64,000 bases of DNA from Pelomyxa schiedti (lineage: Eukaryota; Protista; Evosea): the NCBI GenBank assembly GCA_020536535.1, contig JAHLWZ010000187.1, positions 1 through 64,000 of the forward strand, in the 5' to 3' direction. The first letter of the stretch is position 1. Each line of letters opens with the position of its first letter. Positions 24,491-38,625 of this stretch are shown piece by piece. Made by a program: the position numbers and the translations under genes. Under the pieces are notes generated by a model. The model was given only the letters and a program-made list of their open reading frames with translations, searched no databases and was not told where the DNA came from.

Positions 24491-27400
24491 ATGTCAGGCT
24501 ATTCGGACGTGTCACACACGGAGTCACGAAAGAGGCTCGCCACAGACGAGGTACACACAACCTTCACCACAAAAAAAAAAAAAAAATAAACAAAACCAAC
24601 AACAAACAACAACAACAAAAAAAAAAAGCATAGAAGGCACGGCCATCACCACCACCATCACCACGCCTCCCGCGTGGTCGAAGTCCCCCAGCAACAACCA
24701 CAGAGCTCACTCGCAACCTACGCAAGCTACATCACGTCGTGGTTCTGGCGAGCCCCAGCAGCCTCGCCGGCATCAACATCAACACCAACACCAACACCAA
24801 CACCACCGACCCTCTCATCAACAACAACGGCGACAGGCGGCAGCACCACAAGAACCACCAACCCCCATCACCATCACCAGAATCAGAATCAACACCAACA
24901 CCAACATCAACATCATCGGCACAGGCACGGGCATCGCCACTACTACAACGGGCATCACGGCCGATCGCGGCGTCGCGTCGAGGGGTCGGGGAGCAACTCT
25001 TGTTCCGGCGGCGAGTCCCCCTCCTCGTCGTCGTCCTCGTATGTCTCGCTCTCTTCGCTCTATCTGTCTCGTTCTTTTGGGCTCTCTCTCTCTCTAACTT
25101 TTTTTTTTTGTGGTTTTCCACTCTTACGTTGCAGTTGTAGTTCTTGCTCTTCTTGCTCGTGTTCGCGTTCACGTTCACGTTCGCGCTCGTTCTCGCGTTC
25201 AGGTTCTGGATCGGACTCTGACTCTGGTGCTTCAGGCTCGGGGTCTCTTGAAGTCTCACCCCCACCTCAAGTTGTGGCTTCTGGACCTGGTAGGCATTCG
25301 GCTGCCTCGGCCAAGCCAGTCGATGTTGTGAGCCTGCTTCCTAGCCAGCTTAGTAGCGAAGAATTGGAAAAGCTCACCGTGGAACTGAGAAAGCGCGACT
25401 CTGCTTTCAACAATGCACAGGCTCAGACCAACGTAAATCCTTCGGCTACCACATATTCCTATACCAGAACGCAGCCACTCCCTGGTGGTCCACAGCCTCC
25501 AACATACATACCTGCAAATACTGCCAACTCTCGTGTCCAATCTCCTGCACTCAACTATGCTAGAACTCGTGAAACGGCTTCACCACTAGGCAGGGGTTCC
25601 ACAACAGGGCCTTTGGCACCTCCGTCAACCCACTCTTTACAACACAAGGTAATCCAATGGTAATGAAACTCTTCAACTAAAAGTCATTTAGGAAAAAGAG
25701 TTCAGCTCACCGGTATTCTTATTCTCTGTAATTTTTTCCCCTTAAAACAAAATATATGTATAAGCTCACCCAGCAGAGACGAACGAACTTCAATTCCCGT
25801 AATGCCACTCCCACAGTTACCTATTATCTTATCTGGCCCACCTCTAACTTGTCTTAGGTTTCGCGCAAGACTGTAACTGCAACTTCCACAGGTGGATCTC
25901 CTTTCCTACCCTATGTTTCTATTAATCAATACTTGGATTGCAGTTCATGCGGGTGGCTCTCCCTATGAGTCTTTTAATGAGGCGTTGGAAAGCACCCAAA
26001 CTGAAGTTTCAAGAATGGCAATTGCCTATACAAACCCGAACAAAACCCCTCAAAGTCAAATTCTTGGCCAAACCACTGGGAAAAAGCCTTTTATTGTAGG
26101 GGGTCCCTTATCAGCATTCACAAGGATCCCACCAACGAAAAAGCCCAATATCATGAAAACTCAGCCAAGAAAAGAAATTCCAACTCTATCAGTTATAATG
26201 CCCAAGGCCTTTGAGCCACCAGTACTCAAAGCTACACCGCAAGCCTCCGCAGCCAATAACCATTCCAAACCTGACACCAACAACCTTGTTTCAAAGGAAC
26301 CGATGGTGACAGAGAACAATATCTCCAAATACTCATCTACACCCACTTCTACCCCAAGTGTTGGCACAACAATGAACAAGGGAAAAGAAACGGCTTCATC
26401 AACTTTGCCAGACAGTAGTAGTCTCACATCTGACCTTCCTAAGCCCGATCTGGCATATCCAGCGGCGCTTATTCCAGAGCATTACCCATATTCGAAAGAA
26501 AGTACAAGTTCAGTCACATACACCATAGAGTGTCATGGGAACCAGTCTAGCGATTTCCTCAATAAGGGGGCCACCCCACAATCTACCATTAGCAAGCAGA
26601 AAATTCCGTTTACTGCTGCGACTTCCCCTTCTAATGCAACTGGTAGTTCTTTGTTTCCACCTACCAAAGCTACAACACTCGGTAAGGACATAGCTGTACC
26701 ATCTATTTCTCCCACTCCTTCTGCTAGTCCAGTGTGGTCACTGAGTGCACCTCCAAGTTCAGTGGAATCAGCACGACCAATCAAAGCCGCCTCCCCTGAG
26801 ACACAAGTTTCCAATGTCACAGTACCCTCCAATTCGGAAATCATAAGTGTTTCTGAGTCAACCAATGTCAAATCAAACGCTTTTAAAGCAGCAGGGCACA
26901 ATCTCAAGCCAACCCAGAAAGAACCTGAAGTTCATTTACCTGGCAAACTCGAACCATTAAATGACACAAAGGATAAAGAGAAAGACACCTTGACCACTAA
27001 AAATATCTTTCCGAGGACAAATGCAAATTCCACTGATGGAACAGGGTTCAACCTTACGCCTCTTCAGAACCCATCCAGTTCAAGTGCTCCCAACTCTTCT
27101 GGTTTCACGCCATTACCAACCGGTCCTTTTGGTGGGGGATTGTCTTCTTCTCCCTTGCCTCTGTTCGCTCCTTCCAAAGATGCAACATCTTCCATTTTCG
27201 GCCTGAAATCAACAGCAACAGAAACGACATCAAAACCAACCTCAGAGGCAACCACAGCTACTAATGTTACCCCATCACCAATTCCCTTGTCCTCAAACCT
27301 TAGCTTACCCTCTACACTCTTCACATCCCCAAAAGCACCGGAATCAAAAGCAGCTTCAGCACTCTTCAACCCACCAGAACCAGTTGTGCCATCACCAAAA

Positions 27401-28744
27401 ATCTCTGAGAAACCATCCTCGACTCTGTTTCCCAATATTAGCTCTAATATATTTGAAAAGACCACTGATGCCAATCCAGCTGCATCCATCTTGAATTCAT
27501 CCAAGGGAATTGATCCAGCGTCACTCTTTAGTCCACCAAAACCTGTTGACACGTCAGTTCCAGCACAAACGCCAATAACTTCAAACTCAACACCGTCAAC
27601 GGCACCTACACCCACAGTCTCCTCAGCCTCAACCCCATCACCCTTTAGTCTGCCAAAACCTACAGAATCGGCGGCACTCTTTGCACCCTCCAAAACATCC
27701 GATTCCTCCCTTGCCTCAACAGTTTTTCAAAGCACTTCAACACCCTTCAACCAACCGAAGACAGCAGAACCTTCTTCGATAGCCAACATCTTTGCCCCAA
27801 CCAAAGCAACTGATGCAACACCAACGCCCACTTTGTTCCCAACTCCCACCACATTGCAAACACTTTCCAGCCAACCAAAGATACCTGAACCACCATCATT
27901 ATTTTCACCTAAAGTTAATGAAACAACATCAACGGCAACGCTCTTTGCCCCAACAAAAGCCAATGAAGCAACACCCAAGTCAAACTTTTTTACAGGGGGT
28001 CTGAGCACGCCACAATTCGATACCTTTTCCCCACAAAAGCAATCTGATACTACAACGACCCCAGCGCCATTGTTCCCTCCTAAAAAAGCCGGGGAACCTG
28101 CAGCTCCACTCTTCCCAAATACAAACACACCATCACCATTGTTCCCAAGTTCATCCACAGCTTCCTCAATTTTTCCAACTGCTTCTTCCTTAAGTAGCCT
28201 TACACCCACAGACCAAAATCCCACTCCCAAAACCGACACACCTGCTGTCCCCACTTTCTTTGGTCCATCATCCACCACTCCATCAACCCCAGGCATCTCA
28301 ATTTTTCAACCTCCACCAACCGCATCAAATACCTCTTCCGCCTCTACAAATTTTACCGCAACCACAATACCCAACTTCCTCACAACTACCTCCAGTCTCA
28401 ATTTCCCCACAAACCCAACAAATCCTTTTGCGGGAACAACCACCGCGCTATTCCCGGGAAGTACCGCACCCGCAACACCAACATCCACTCCCACTTCTAC
28501 TTTTGCACCCACGACAACGGCCGCTCTATTCCCGGGAAGCACCGCGCCTGCAACACCAACGTCCACTCTATTCCAGACAAGTTCAATACCCGCAACCCCA
28601 ACTGGTGGTCTGTTCCCTGGAATAGGGGTACCCACGAGTGGAACAGATAATCCATTGACAGCAACACCTGGGGGTTCCGCAATCACCAGCACAATCAGCT
28701 TCAACAGTAAAACGCGCAAACCAAAGCCCAAGGGCAAGAGATGA
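24491..28744 (+). CDS. Large S/T/P-rich low-complexity protein with xLF/xIF repeats; nucleoporin-like (Nup153/Nup1/POM121 type); 5' exon structure uncertain
   Basis: 950-aa terminal ORF with regularly spaced LF/IF/PF/FG dipeptides in S/T/P spacers and a basic C-terminus SKTRKPKPKGKR; N-terminal LATYASYITSWFWR helix. Confidence 0.5.
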
Positions 28745-29061
28745 GATATTAACAATCCAGCAGCACCCCAACCAAGCACCCAACATCATCAGCACATCCC
28801 TATTGTTATGAGGCACTTTGGTTCCTCATTAGGCTCCCAAAATACGCCAGTGAAAATAGAACACTGGCATCACTCGGGATTTTGCAGTTTGCCTTTTACC
28901 CCCCTTACAAGTTGAGCGCTTTTGGTTGGTGTTTTTAGTTTACTTTCTAATTTCGTGGCGCCCGCACACGCCTTTTTATGTCAAGCAGCGAAAAAACCAA
29001 AAAATCAAAACAAAACAAAGATCTGAACAAGGACATCTTCGTTCTTGGTAATTGACCCATT

Positions 29062-30658
29062 ATGTCCGGATCTCAGACCACTATGACCACGGGCACCTGC
29101 GTGTGTGCGTATGCGGCGTTAACGAGTTAATCAATAGGGAGGATCTGGGGGATCTGTTTCGACCATGGCTGCACACGACAAGTCCAGAGGATCAACTACG
29201 AGCATGGAGGGCGTTGAGAGGGGCGACGTGATGGCAACAAGTGGGCCACTGGCGAGGTATACCAAGGTGGAGAAATTGGGAGAGGGCACTTACGGCGTGG
29301 TATTTAAGGTATTATTTGGCTTTGTGTTTTATTGCTTTGTGTGCTCCTTTTTTTCGTTTTTACTTGTATTACGAAACCCACTTTTTTTAACAGGCGAAAG
29401 ACACTGTCAGCGGGGACATTGTGGCACTCAAGAAAATTAGGATGGAAGGTGAAGACGAAGGTGTACCGAGCACTGCCATACGCGAAATTGCCATTCTGAA
29501 AGATTTGCGTCACTCAAACATTGTCAAGTTCAAACTTCCTTGGTTAGGTACAAGTACTTACTTATCATTCTCAGTTTGATCGATGTGGTCAACGACGACA
29601 GCAAGCTATACCTGGTTTTTGAATTTTTGGATCAAGACTTAAAGAGATACATTGATTGTGTCAAAACACCATATGTCGACCCGGCACTTGTGAAGGTAAG
29701 CCGTTTTGCACTAACTACAACTCAACTTTTTAACCAGAGTTATGTCTTCCAAATGCTTCTTGGAATTGATTACTGTCATGCACACAGAGTCTTACATCGG
29801 TTTGTTTTCCCCTTCAATCATTCCCACTGAAATGTTCTTAAGTGATATGAAACCACAAAACTTGTTAATTGATAAATTTGGAAATTTGAAATTGGCGGAC
29901 TTTGGGCTTGCCAGGTTTGTTGCCATTTGTGACTGCGCATTCTAATGAATACAGGGCTTTTGGAATTCCCTTAAGAGCCTACACACATGAGGTACGTAAT
30001 GTAGTGACCACTAAACACTCACAGCTTTCCTCCAAACAACACAGGTTGTCACTCTTTGGTACAGGTAAATCGTTTCTTGAACTAGTGGAACCCTAAAACC
30101 AAATAAAAACTTTAGATCCCCAGAAATCCTGCTTGGCTCCCAGAACTACTCCACAGGAGTAGACATATGGGCCACAGGTTTTTACTTCGTGCTGTTGCGC
30201 AAGTGTACCTTACGTCTTTTTAGGAGCGATTTTTTCTGAACTTGTCACCAAGCAGCCTCTTTTCCCTGGTGATTCCGAGATTGATGAACTCTTCAAAATA
30301 TTCAAGTTACTAGACACAATGCATTTCACTTGGGATCGTAACTATGAACAGGCACCTTGGAACCCCAACGGAGAGGAGCTGGCCAGGAGTATCCCAACTT
30401 CCTGACTTCAAGCCAACATTCCCGATGTGGACCGGACAGAACATTGCCGTATATCCCAACTGGTAACCCTCTCCACTTAATCACTTGTACTAGACATACT
30501 ATGGTGAACTCTTGGAACCTGCTGGGCAAGACCTGCTAATGAAGATGCTTGTCTACGATCCCCCCAGACGAATCAGTGCACGAGCCGCTTTGCATCACCC
30601 GTACTTCGATAACTTGGACAAATCGGCTTTCTCCATGCCTCCCCACTCTGGCCTGTGA
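29062..30658 (+). CDS. cdc2: Cyclin-dependent kinase CDK1/CDK2 type (start at 29062 or 29165)
   Basis: [70 protein letters not shown]. Confidence 0.95.
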
Positions 30659-30947
30659 TTATTGTGCTGAAAGAAAGAAAGAAAATTACTGGGAAACAAA
30701 CAGTCCCAGAATTTCGTTCACTTTTCTTTTTGTGATAAACACCACATTTTTTGGCATCTGAATTGTTGAATAATTTCACTGACTGTGGTGGATTGCCAAG
30801 ACAAACACAGGCAGGAGCTTGCGTTGTGACAGCCCAAATAAAGCAAGAAATTTGCTTGTTAGGGATGGGTGGATAGGTCATTCAGCTGGGCAGCTTCTAA
30901 AGTGTCATAATAGTGTCTCTTTTTCAAGTACAAGTGGCGAGCCACTG

Positions 30948-32096
30948 CTACCTGGATGTAGCACTTAAAAAAGAGTTGAGGTGCAGTGGGGTTAGTACGA
31001 TGCCAACAGCCGCGAGTGTGGCAGTAATGGAGCAAACACAAGTGAGAATAACGAGGGCTCTTGGGCCCCACTGCGAGTCATCTGAAGAGGAATCGTAGTC
31101 TGAACCGGGGGATGGCAGTGTGTCCAGATAAGCAAGTATTCCTTCGTAGAGGCCTTGAGCCAGAACCTGGCGGTAGTCAGGAGTTGCCGCCAGGGCGTCG
31201 TCTGTGAGATTTTGCATTTGATACATTTCTACAAGTACAACAGTTTTGGTACTCCAATTGAACCCTTTGTTGTGTTGAATAGGGAGTGAGCCAACGTAAC
31301 AATGAAAAAGCTGTGAGCTACCAGTTAAATCCGTGCGAGGAAATATTCCATCACCACCAACACCACCCGGTTTGCTCGGAATTCCACTCGTGGCACTGAA
31401 ATGCTGTTGGACTATGGCCGCCGCTTTCAGTGATTCATTGTAAATGGCATCCGTCCAATGCTCGGGCACCAATCCAGGGTAAAGAGTCATACTGACGTGG
31501 TCCTCACCAGCATCACAGTGTATCCGAACGACCAAGTCAGCGTCTGCGTTGTTACCAATAATGGCGCGCTCCGAGTTGCACAAATCAACATCCCCCGTAA
31601 CCCTCGTCATAACAACAGTGACGCCATACTCCACAAGCAATCCATGCAATCGAAGTGCTGAAAAAATTCTCGTGTTAGTGGGGTACGATGATAGATGTCG
31701 TCCCTCATGCAAACAAAAAAAAATTTCGGCAGCAGAGCCGACACACATACATTATCTCCACACAATACGAAAGAAAGAGGAAGGGCGCCCCACGCACACA
31801 CGCACACACGCACACACGCACACACCCACGTCCAAGTTTATCTGGGGCTCTGGGCCGGCGGTGGGCCCCACGGCGCCAGACGAAACGCACGCCTTGGTAT
31901 CGTTGCTGCCTGGCCCAATGGGATCGGGCGACGAGTCCCCTTGGTCCTGGTGCCCCGCGTCGATGCTCACCACGAACCCTGCGTATGTCCCGTACTGCGA
32001 CGACGACGACGACGACGACGACGCGGTAGAAGCTACGGCGCTCACCAAAGCAACGGATACAGCGAACAACGAAAAGACAACCGCGGCCGGCACCAT
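30948..32096 (-). CDS. N-acetylmuramoyl-L-alanine amidase (Amidase_3) with signal peptide and C-terminal transmembrane helix
   Basis: VSIDAGHQ, EPQINL, GVTVVMTR...NSERA...ADLVVRIHCDA and VLVEM (His/Glu/His Zn ligands plus catalytic Glu); hydrophobic LVILTCVCSITATLAAVGIVL near the end. Confidence 0.88.
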
Positions 32097-32449
32097 GGCC
32101 TTGATGTGTGTTGATTCTGAATTCGATGAAGGAGAGTTCCCCCTCCTGGTCTGGCAATGTCAACAGAACACTGGCACCCCAGAGCTTCGTCTTTTCCCTG
32201 TGTTAGGGTGGTCAGGGACTCCTGAACTCGTTCCAAAGGAATAAACAAAATTTTATTTTTACATTCTTATTGTCTGGTGTTGAGACTTCCAACTCCATCT
32301 CACAGCAGGCATTCCGTCTCCATTGTGGAGCGTACGTGAAACGATCATTGAACTGTTAGCTGTGACGGGGCCAGCCCCAGTCAGAACTAGACTTTGGCCC
32401 CCTCAATGAGGTTAGCGGATTCTGAGTTCAACCAATTTCCAGAGTTTAA

Positions 32450-35400
32450 CTACAGACCCCCAGTAGCTGCCTGGTAATGAGTCTCCGCTACACCAACACC
32501 ATTGCCGGTTTCATAACCTACACCAAGGTTGAACAGTGCCTTCGTATTTCCAGCATAAACAGCCCTCCTGAACAGTGAAACAGCCTGGTTCATGTCCTTG
32601 TCAACACCATTGCCATTTTTGTAACACACACCAAGGTTGAACATTGCCTCGGCATTTCCAGCATCAGCAGCCCTCTTGTAAAGTGACACAGCCTGGTTCA
32701 TGTCCTTGTCAACACCATCCCCAGAGTTGTAACACCAACCAAGGGTGTTCATTGCATTGGCATTTCCAGCATCAGCGGCCCTCTTGTAAAGTGACACAGC
32801 CTGGTTTATGTCCTTATTAACACCTTCACCATTATAATAACATGCACCAAGGTTGAGCACTGCATTGGTATTTCCAGCATCAGCAGCCCTCCGGTAAAGT
32901 GACACAGCCTGGTTCAAGTCCCTGTCAACACCATCACCATTTTTGTAACACAAACCGAGGTTGTTCATTGCATTGGTATTTCCAGCATCAGTGGCCCTCC
33001 TGTAAAGTGACACAGCCTGGTTCATATCCTGGTCAACACCATCGCCATTGTAGTAACACACACCAAGGTTGAACATAGCATCTGCATTTCCAGCATCAGC
33101 AGCCTTCTGAAAAAGTGACACAGCCTGGTTCATGTCCTTGTCAACACCATCGCCATTTTTGTAACACCAACCAAGGTTGTTCATTGCAGAGGCATTTCCA
33201 GCATCAGCAGCCCTCCAGTAAAGTGACACAGCCTGGTTTATGTCCTTGTCAACACCACTGTTGTCGTAACGCACACCAAGGTTGAACATTGCATTGGTGT
33301 TTCCAGCATCAGCAGCCCTCCAGTAAAGTGACACAGCCTGGTTCATGTCCTTGTCAACACCATTGCCATTGTCACAACACACACCAAGGTTGGTCATTGC
33401 ATTGGTATTTCCAGCATCAGCAGCCCTCTTGTAAAGTGACACAGCCTTGTTGATATCCTTGTCAACACCATCGCCATTGTAGTAACACAAACCAAGGTTG
33501 AACATTGCGGAGGCATTTCCAGCATCAGCAGCCTTCTGAAAAAGTGACACCGCCTTGCTGGGGTCTCTGTCCATACAAGCAGCTCCATCAAGAAGATATG
33601 CACCAATGAGTGACATCGTGGCAGAGCAGAGTGTGGTTGGCTCCTTGTGCGTCATACAACCCACTCTCTGAAGGAGACCACATGAAGGTTTTTCCAAACA
33701 GCAGGTCCATAAAGCAACAAAATATTCACATGCCCCATGTTTCTGCCTCTTTGGAAAGGCACTAATTGCATACATGAGTGCATCCCACTCCTGTGTAATA
33801 CTTAGCATCGTTTCCTCAGCTTTCTCTTCATGTTGTGTTTGTGACAGCAGGGGTGTCGTTGCACAGTTGGCTGTCAACAACACCCTTTGACAATAGTCTC
33901 TCATTTCTGAAAGGGAGCCAGAGATGGCACGTGAAAATATAGTTGACAAGTTTGGTGGAATGAGTTGGTGCAGGGCAATGTGATCATCAGCGAAAAAACA
34001 CAGACCATGAAGAAACAGAAGGCCAGGAAGGTAGCACAGCTCCTCCTGAACTGGAATCTGTTCATGTGATACAGATCTTCCTTCTGAAAGAGCATTGTAT
34101 TAAGTGCGGTATACATTCACTTTGCGTACTGTTTGTGTGGCCACTCTCAAAGTGTCTTAAAGCCTCTGAAACAAGGTGAATGGCGGTCTCAATGTTTATT
34201 TCCTCAAACTCGAAAAGTGCCTGAAGCATCAGTTTGTTTCGGTGAGGTTGCTCATCTTTTTTTTTTTTTTGGTTGATTGATGGTTTTTTACAAAAATAAT
34301 TCAAACTAAATATGCTCCAATACTTACATGTGCAGATAGAGAGCTGGTCACTCCACATTCTTTTGAAGCCGTCTTCTTCTGAACACGAGTCAATGATAGT
34401 CCTCAAAAAATTGAATGCTGAGACTTGATCTGAAGATGGTGCTGGTCCGTGCCTGGTTGAGCCCACAGATGAGACCTTTCCTTGAAGTAACCCCAGACAG
34501 TTCTTTATTGCTTTGTTGTTGTCATCACAGCCGATGTTGCAGAGGTGCCTCATCCTCAGGGCACTTAAAACCAATTCAGGGAGAGTGGTCCGGTGCATCT
34601 GGTTGATGGCTCTCTCAAATTCTACATCGCTGTGTGTGAACAAAGCCTTCCCTGAGACAGCTGCTCGTATCCCCTTTCTTGTCACACCACCTTCATGCAC
34701 AGATGACGCACCAGAAGCAAGCAAGTAATGAAGAATCAATAAAGCAGGCGAGAACAATGGCTCAATATCAAGAGCTCTGTGAAGAGTGTCAACACAGTCC
34801 TTTGTTGCGTTGCCACTCAGAATCTGGCAAAGAGCGTTTGCTGTTAGTGTCCCTGTTTTAAGTGCATCAGACACACATCATTTGACAGCATTTTCGAATT
34901 ATTAACATAAAAGCTCAGAAACCAACCTGGATCATTGTTGGCAAAAGGTTCCAAGAGAGTGTAAAATGAGAGCTGTTCCTGAGGACTTGGATCAGGACCA
35001 AGAGTTTCCAACAGTTTGGATGCCTCCAAAAGGGGAATCCTTTTTGCGGGATCATACTCAAGCAACCCACACACAAGGTTGCAGAACGCCCTGGGGTATG
35101 CTGGCGGTCTCAACGGAAACTCCTCTCTCTGGACTGAAAAGGCAACCTGGCCAGATGGACCATAAGCTGCCGGGTATCCTGGCAGAGGATGTTGACCACA
35201 CATTGCAAGTTCAAACAAAATGCATCCAAGTTCAAACGATGGTTGCTGGTTTTAGAAAGGTGAGAGCGACAGAATCAGTGTGGTGCGAGTGAAGGCGCAC
35301 TTTTTCACAAGGCAATATTGGACAGCGATCTGGGTGCTGTGTGTACAGCGCAATCCCGTTGAGGATTTCGGGTGCAAGGTGGGACATATTCCCCACTGTC

Positions 35401-36402
35401 CCAATAAAGCACCCTGTTTCCCTCTCAAGTGACCCATTTGGGAATTTCTTCGCACATCCAAGGTCAATCACAATGGCTTGCTCTTTGTTCTGGTTTTTTT
35501 TGGTTAATGGTTGATGGATAGGTGGGTGTGCACATGACACACCGAAGAGACAACGATGTTATCCAGCTTGATGTCAAAGTGAATTGTTCGGTTCTTGAAG
35601 AGATGAACAAGGCCTGCACAGATATCCCTCAAGTACTTATGAACAACACACCAGGGCATTGTTGTGAGAGGCTGCTGTGTGCCAGTGGGATTGTTGAGGT
35701 TTTTCAGGAAATGTTCGAGGGTCTCTGAGTGATACTCCAGGACAATCCACACACACGCGTGAATCCTTTTCCTCGCTGAATCAAGTGCTAACTCCTTTGG
35801 AACTTGTGGGAGCAGGTCATAATACTCCTGAGGGGGCCTGTCCGTGAAGTGACAGAAATACTGGTTCACATTTGGGTGCGCATCAAGTGTCGATGACACC
35901 AAGTATTCATTCTTCAGCCAATGGCGTCAAAAGAACAAGAAAAAATTGGGGGAAAAAAAAAAAAAAAACGGTTGGTTTTTTACAGGACACACCTCGAAGG
36001 CATTTGCCACTGAACTGGTGCGCACACCCCAATAATTGAAGGGCACCTTGAGCACATAAGACTGGTCCCTGAAGAACTCAGGGTGTCCGTCACCAATGCA
36101 CTTCACCTCGTACACAATCCCTTCCAAGAGTAAGCCCCCAAGTCAGGTCATTTTGATTGTTGTCAAACGAAAGTTGTACCGTTGCAGCCGTGCGCGATCT
36201 TCCTCACAAGTTTGAAGTTCCGAGCCACCACGACGCTCGTGACTGCGTTTGGCACGTCGGCTCGTTTGGCGGTTTCAGCCAAGCGAGTGAAGAACGAGGC
36301 GCGGTCCACTTGAACCCGCAGGAAGGCGTCATAACCCACAACAGTGCAGGTATGTGGGCGTGGCTGTTGTGTCCCACTCCCACGGCTGCTGTTGTTTCCC
36401 AT
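32450..36402 (-). CDS. Protein kinase fused to Sel1-like repeats; MG N-terminus (myristoylation candidate)
   Basis: YVLK, IHFDIKLDNIVV, VIDLG, HLAPE; two helical linker units; then about 10 Sel1 repeats (AMFNLGxCYxNGxGVDKDxNQAVSLY). Introns join the parts in frame. Confidence 0.88.
32500..33600 (-). repeat. Tandem 108-bp coding repeats (Sel1 units)
   Basis: Recurring tttccagcatcagcagccctc...aagtgacacagcctggtt at about 108-bp spacing; one unit is 3 nt shorter. Confidence 0.95.
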
Positions 36403-36634
36403 TTTTTTTTAAGCCACGGTCAGTCCCCTTAGGGAAAGTCACACGTCACACTGTGGGAGAACTCACGGAGCATCACCGTGTGGATTAGTTGGCGCTAACA
36501 ACAGAGCAATGGATCAGGAGAAGCTTCCAGTACATCCTTGAGCTGATGATCTCAAGGTTCGCGGAAAGGGCTGAAAGGAGAAAAAAAATGACAACGTGGG
36601 CACTTCGTTGTTTGCGTTCATCTTTTAACGATGA

Positions 36635-37360
<726 letters not shown>

Positions 37361-37530
37361 TTGATTGAATGACTTCATACCCAATCACCAATGTAATTTA
37401 TTGTTCTCACTTGTGTGGGAACAATGTGAATGTACTAAAAAAAAAAAGTATTTTCTTGCTTATTATCTGCCTGAGGGGTGGTACCAAAAAAAAGTTGTGT
37501 TTTTAGGTAAGTGCGGCAAAAATCCACTAT

Positions 37531-38499
37531 TTAGTGGGAGATTCTAATTAGTGAGACACTGGATATTGAACGGTATCCTCCAACCACAGGGATTTCAACA
37601 CCGAGGCCAGCCTGTACTACACAAGGGAGATTGTGTGATGGAAGAGGTTCCGCACGTAGGCCCCAGTGTTGCAGCAGGTCCGCTATACATCGTCCTTGGC
37701 TGCGCATATCAAAGTTGGAAAAGGAAGTGAAGTGGAAGAAACTACCTGCGCTGCTGGTATGCGGTGAGGAAAAACGCAGAAGGCGGAGACTTGCGCAGGA
37801 AAAACTCAACACTTGCAATGACATCCTCGTACTCTATCAATTTGAAATAAGGAATAGTAAAGATATTCTTGGGAGAGTGCACCATCCGTGTTATCGTAAA
37901 AAGTATCAGCGCCAATGATAATGTCAACTCCACCTAAACTTTCTACTTCTTCAGTGAATCTACCCCACTCAAACTGTATAACCTTTACACAGCAGTTAAC
38001 AAGACTCGGTCGCTAAGTCATTTCATACCTTCGGCAAGACGGAAAAAATGGAGGCATTGGCATTGCAGTTTTCACCACAAAGTGAACAATTGGCGTCAGT
38101 GAGGGTAACATTGGAACCCACAGAAGCAGCAGTTAATCCCGCAAGACCAGCACCTGCACCAAGCTAAATTGAATATGTATCATGGAGAAAATATTTAAGG
38201 GTTAAGTATTCCATGGAATAGTTAAAGATTCCCAAAGGTTATTCAATGTTGGGAGGGGGGGAAAAAAAAAAAAATACCTCCAGCACACGTTTCCCCTCAA
38301 ATTGTTGCCTGTTTGTGAAAATATAGTCAGCCAACACCAATCCTGAGGCCCATATCAATTGCTCATAGCCAGTCCCTCTATCACTTGATTGTCCTGGTTT
38401 TTGTTGTGTGTCGGTGATGATAAAGCACTCCCCATCGATCCGCACTTGTGGGAACGGCAGTAGACCCAAATATTGACAGCTCGACAACCATCCCATCAT
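37531..38499 (-). CDS. METTL21/Methyltransf_16-family protein lysine methyltransferase
   Basis: IWASGLVLADYI...GKRVLE/LGAGAGLAGL...VTLTD; later DVIASVEFF. Confidence 0.85.
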
Positions 38500-38625
38500 C
38501 GCTAAATCGGAATCGCCGCGCCTCCCTCTGCCTCGTGCCCCCTTTCCTCCTCGTCTTCATTTTCTCATTACCGCTTTACCGCTCCCAGTTTTGACTAGTC
38601 GTCATCATTCAGAGAAACAGGTCTG

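Noticed and set aside
28888-28902. U5 snRNA loop I-like GCCTTTTAC
   Set aside because: No flanking stem and no Sm site in the expected position.
32500-33600. CRISPR-like regular repeats
   Set aside because: In-frame 108-bp coding Sel1 units with no unique spacers and no cas genes.
36536-36557. Hairpin ccttgag-N8-ctcaagg upstream of ARF1
   Set aside because: A single 7-bp stem is expected by chance and has no supporting motifs.
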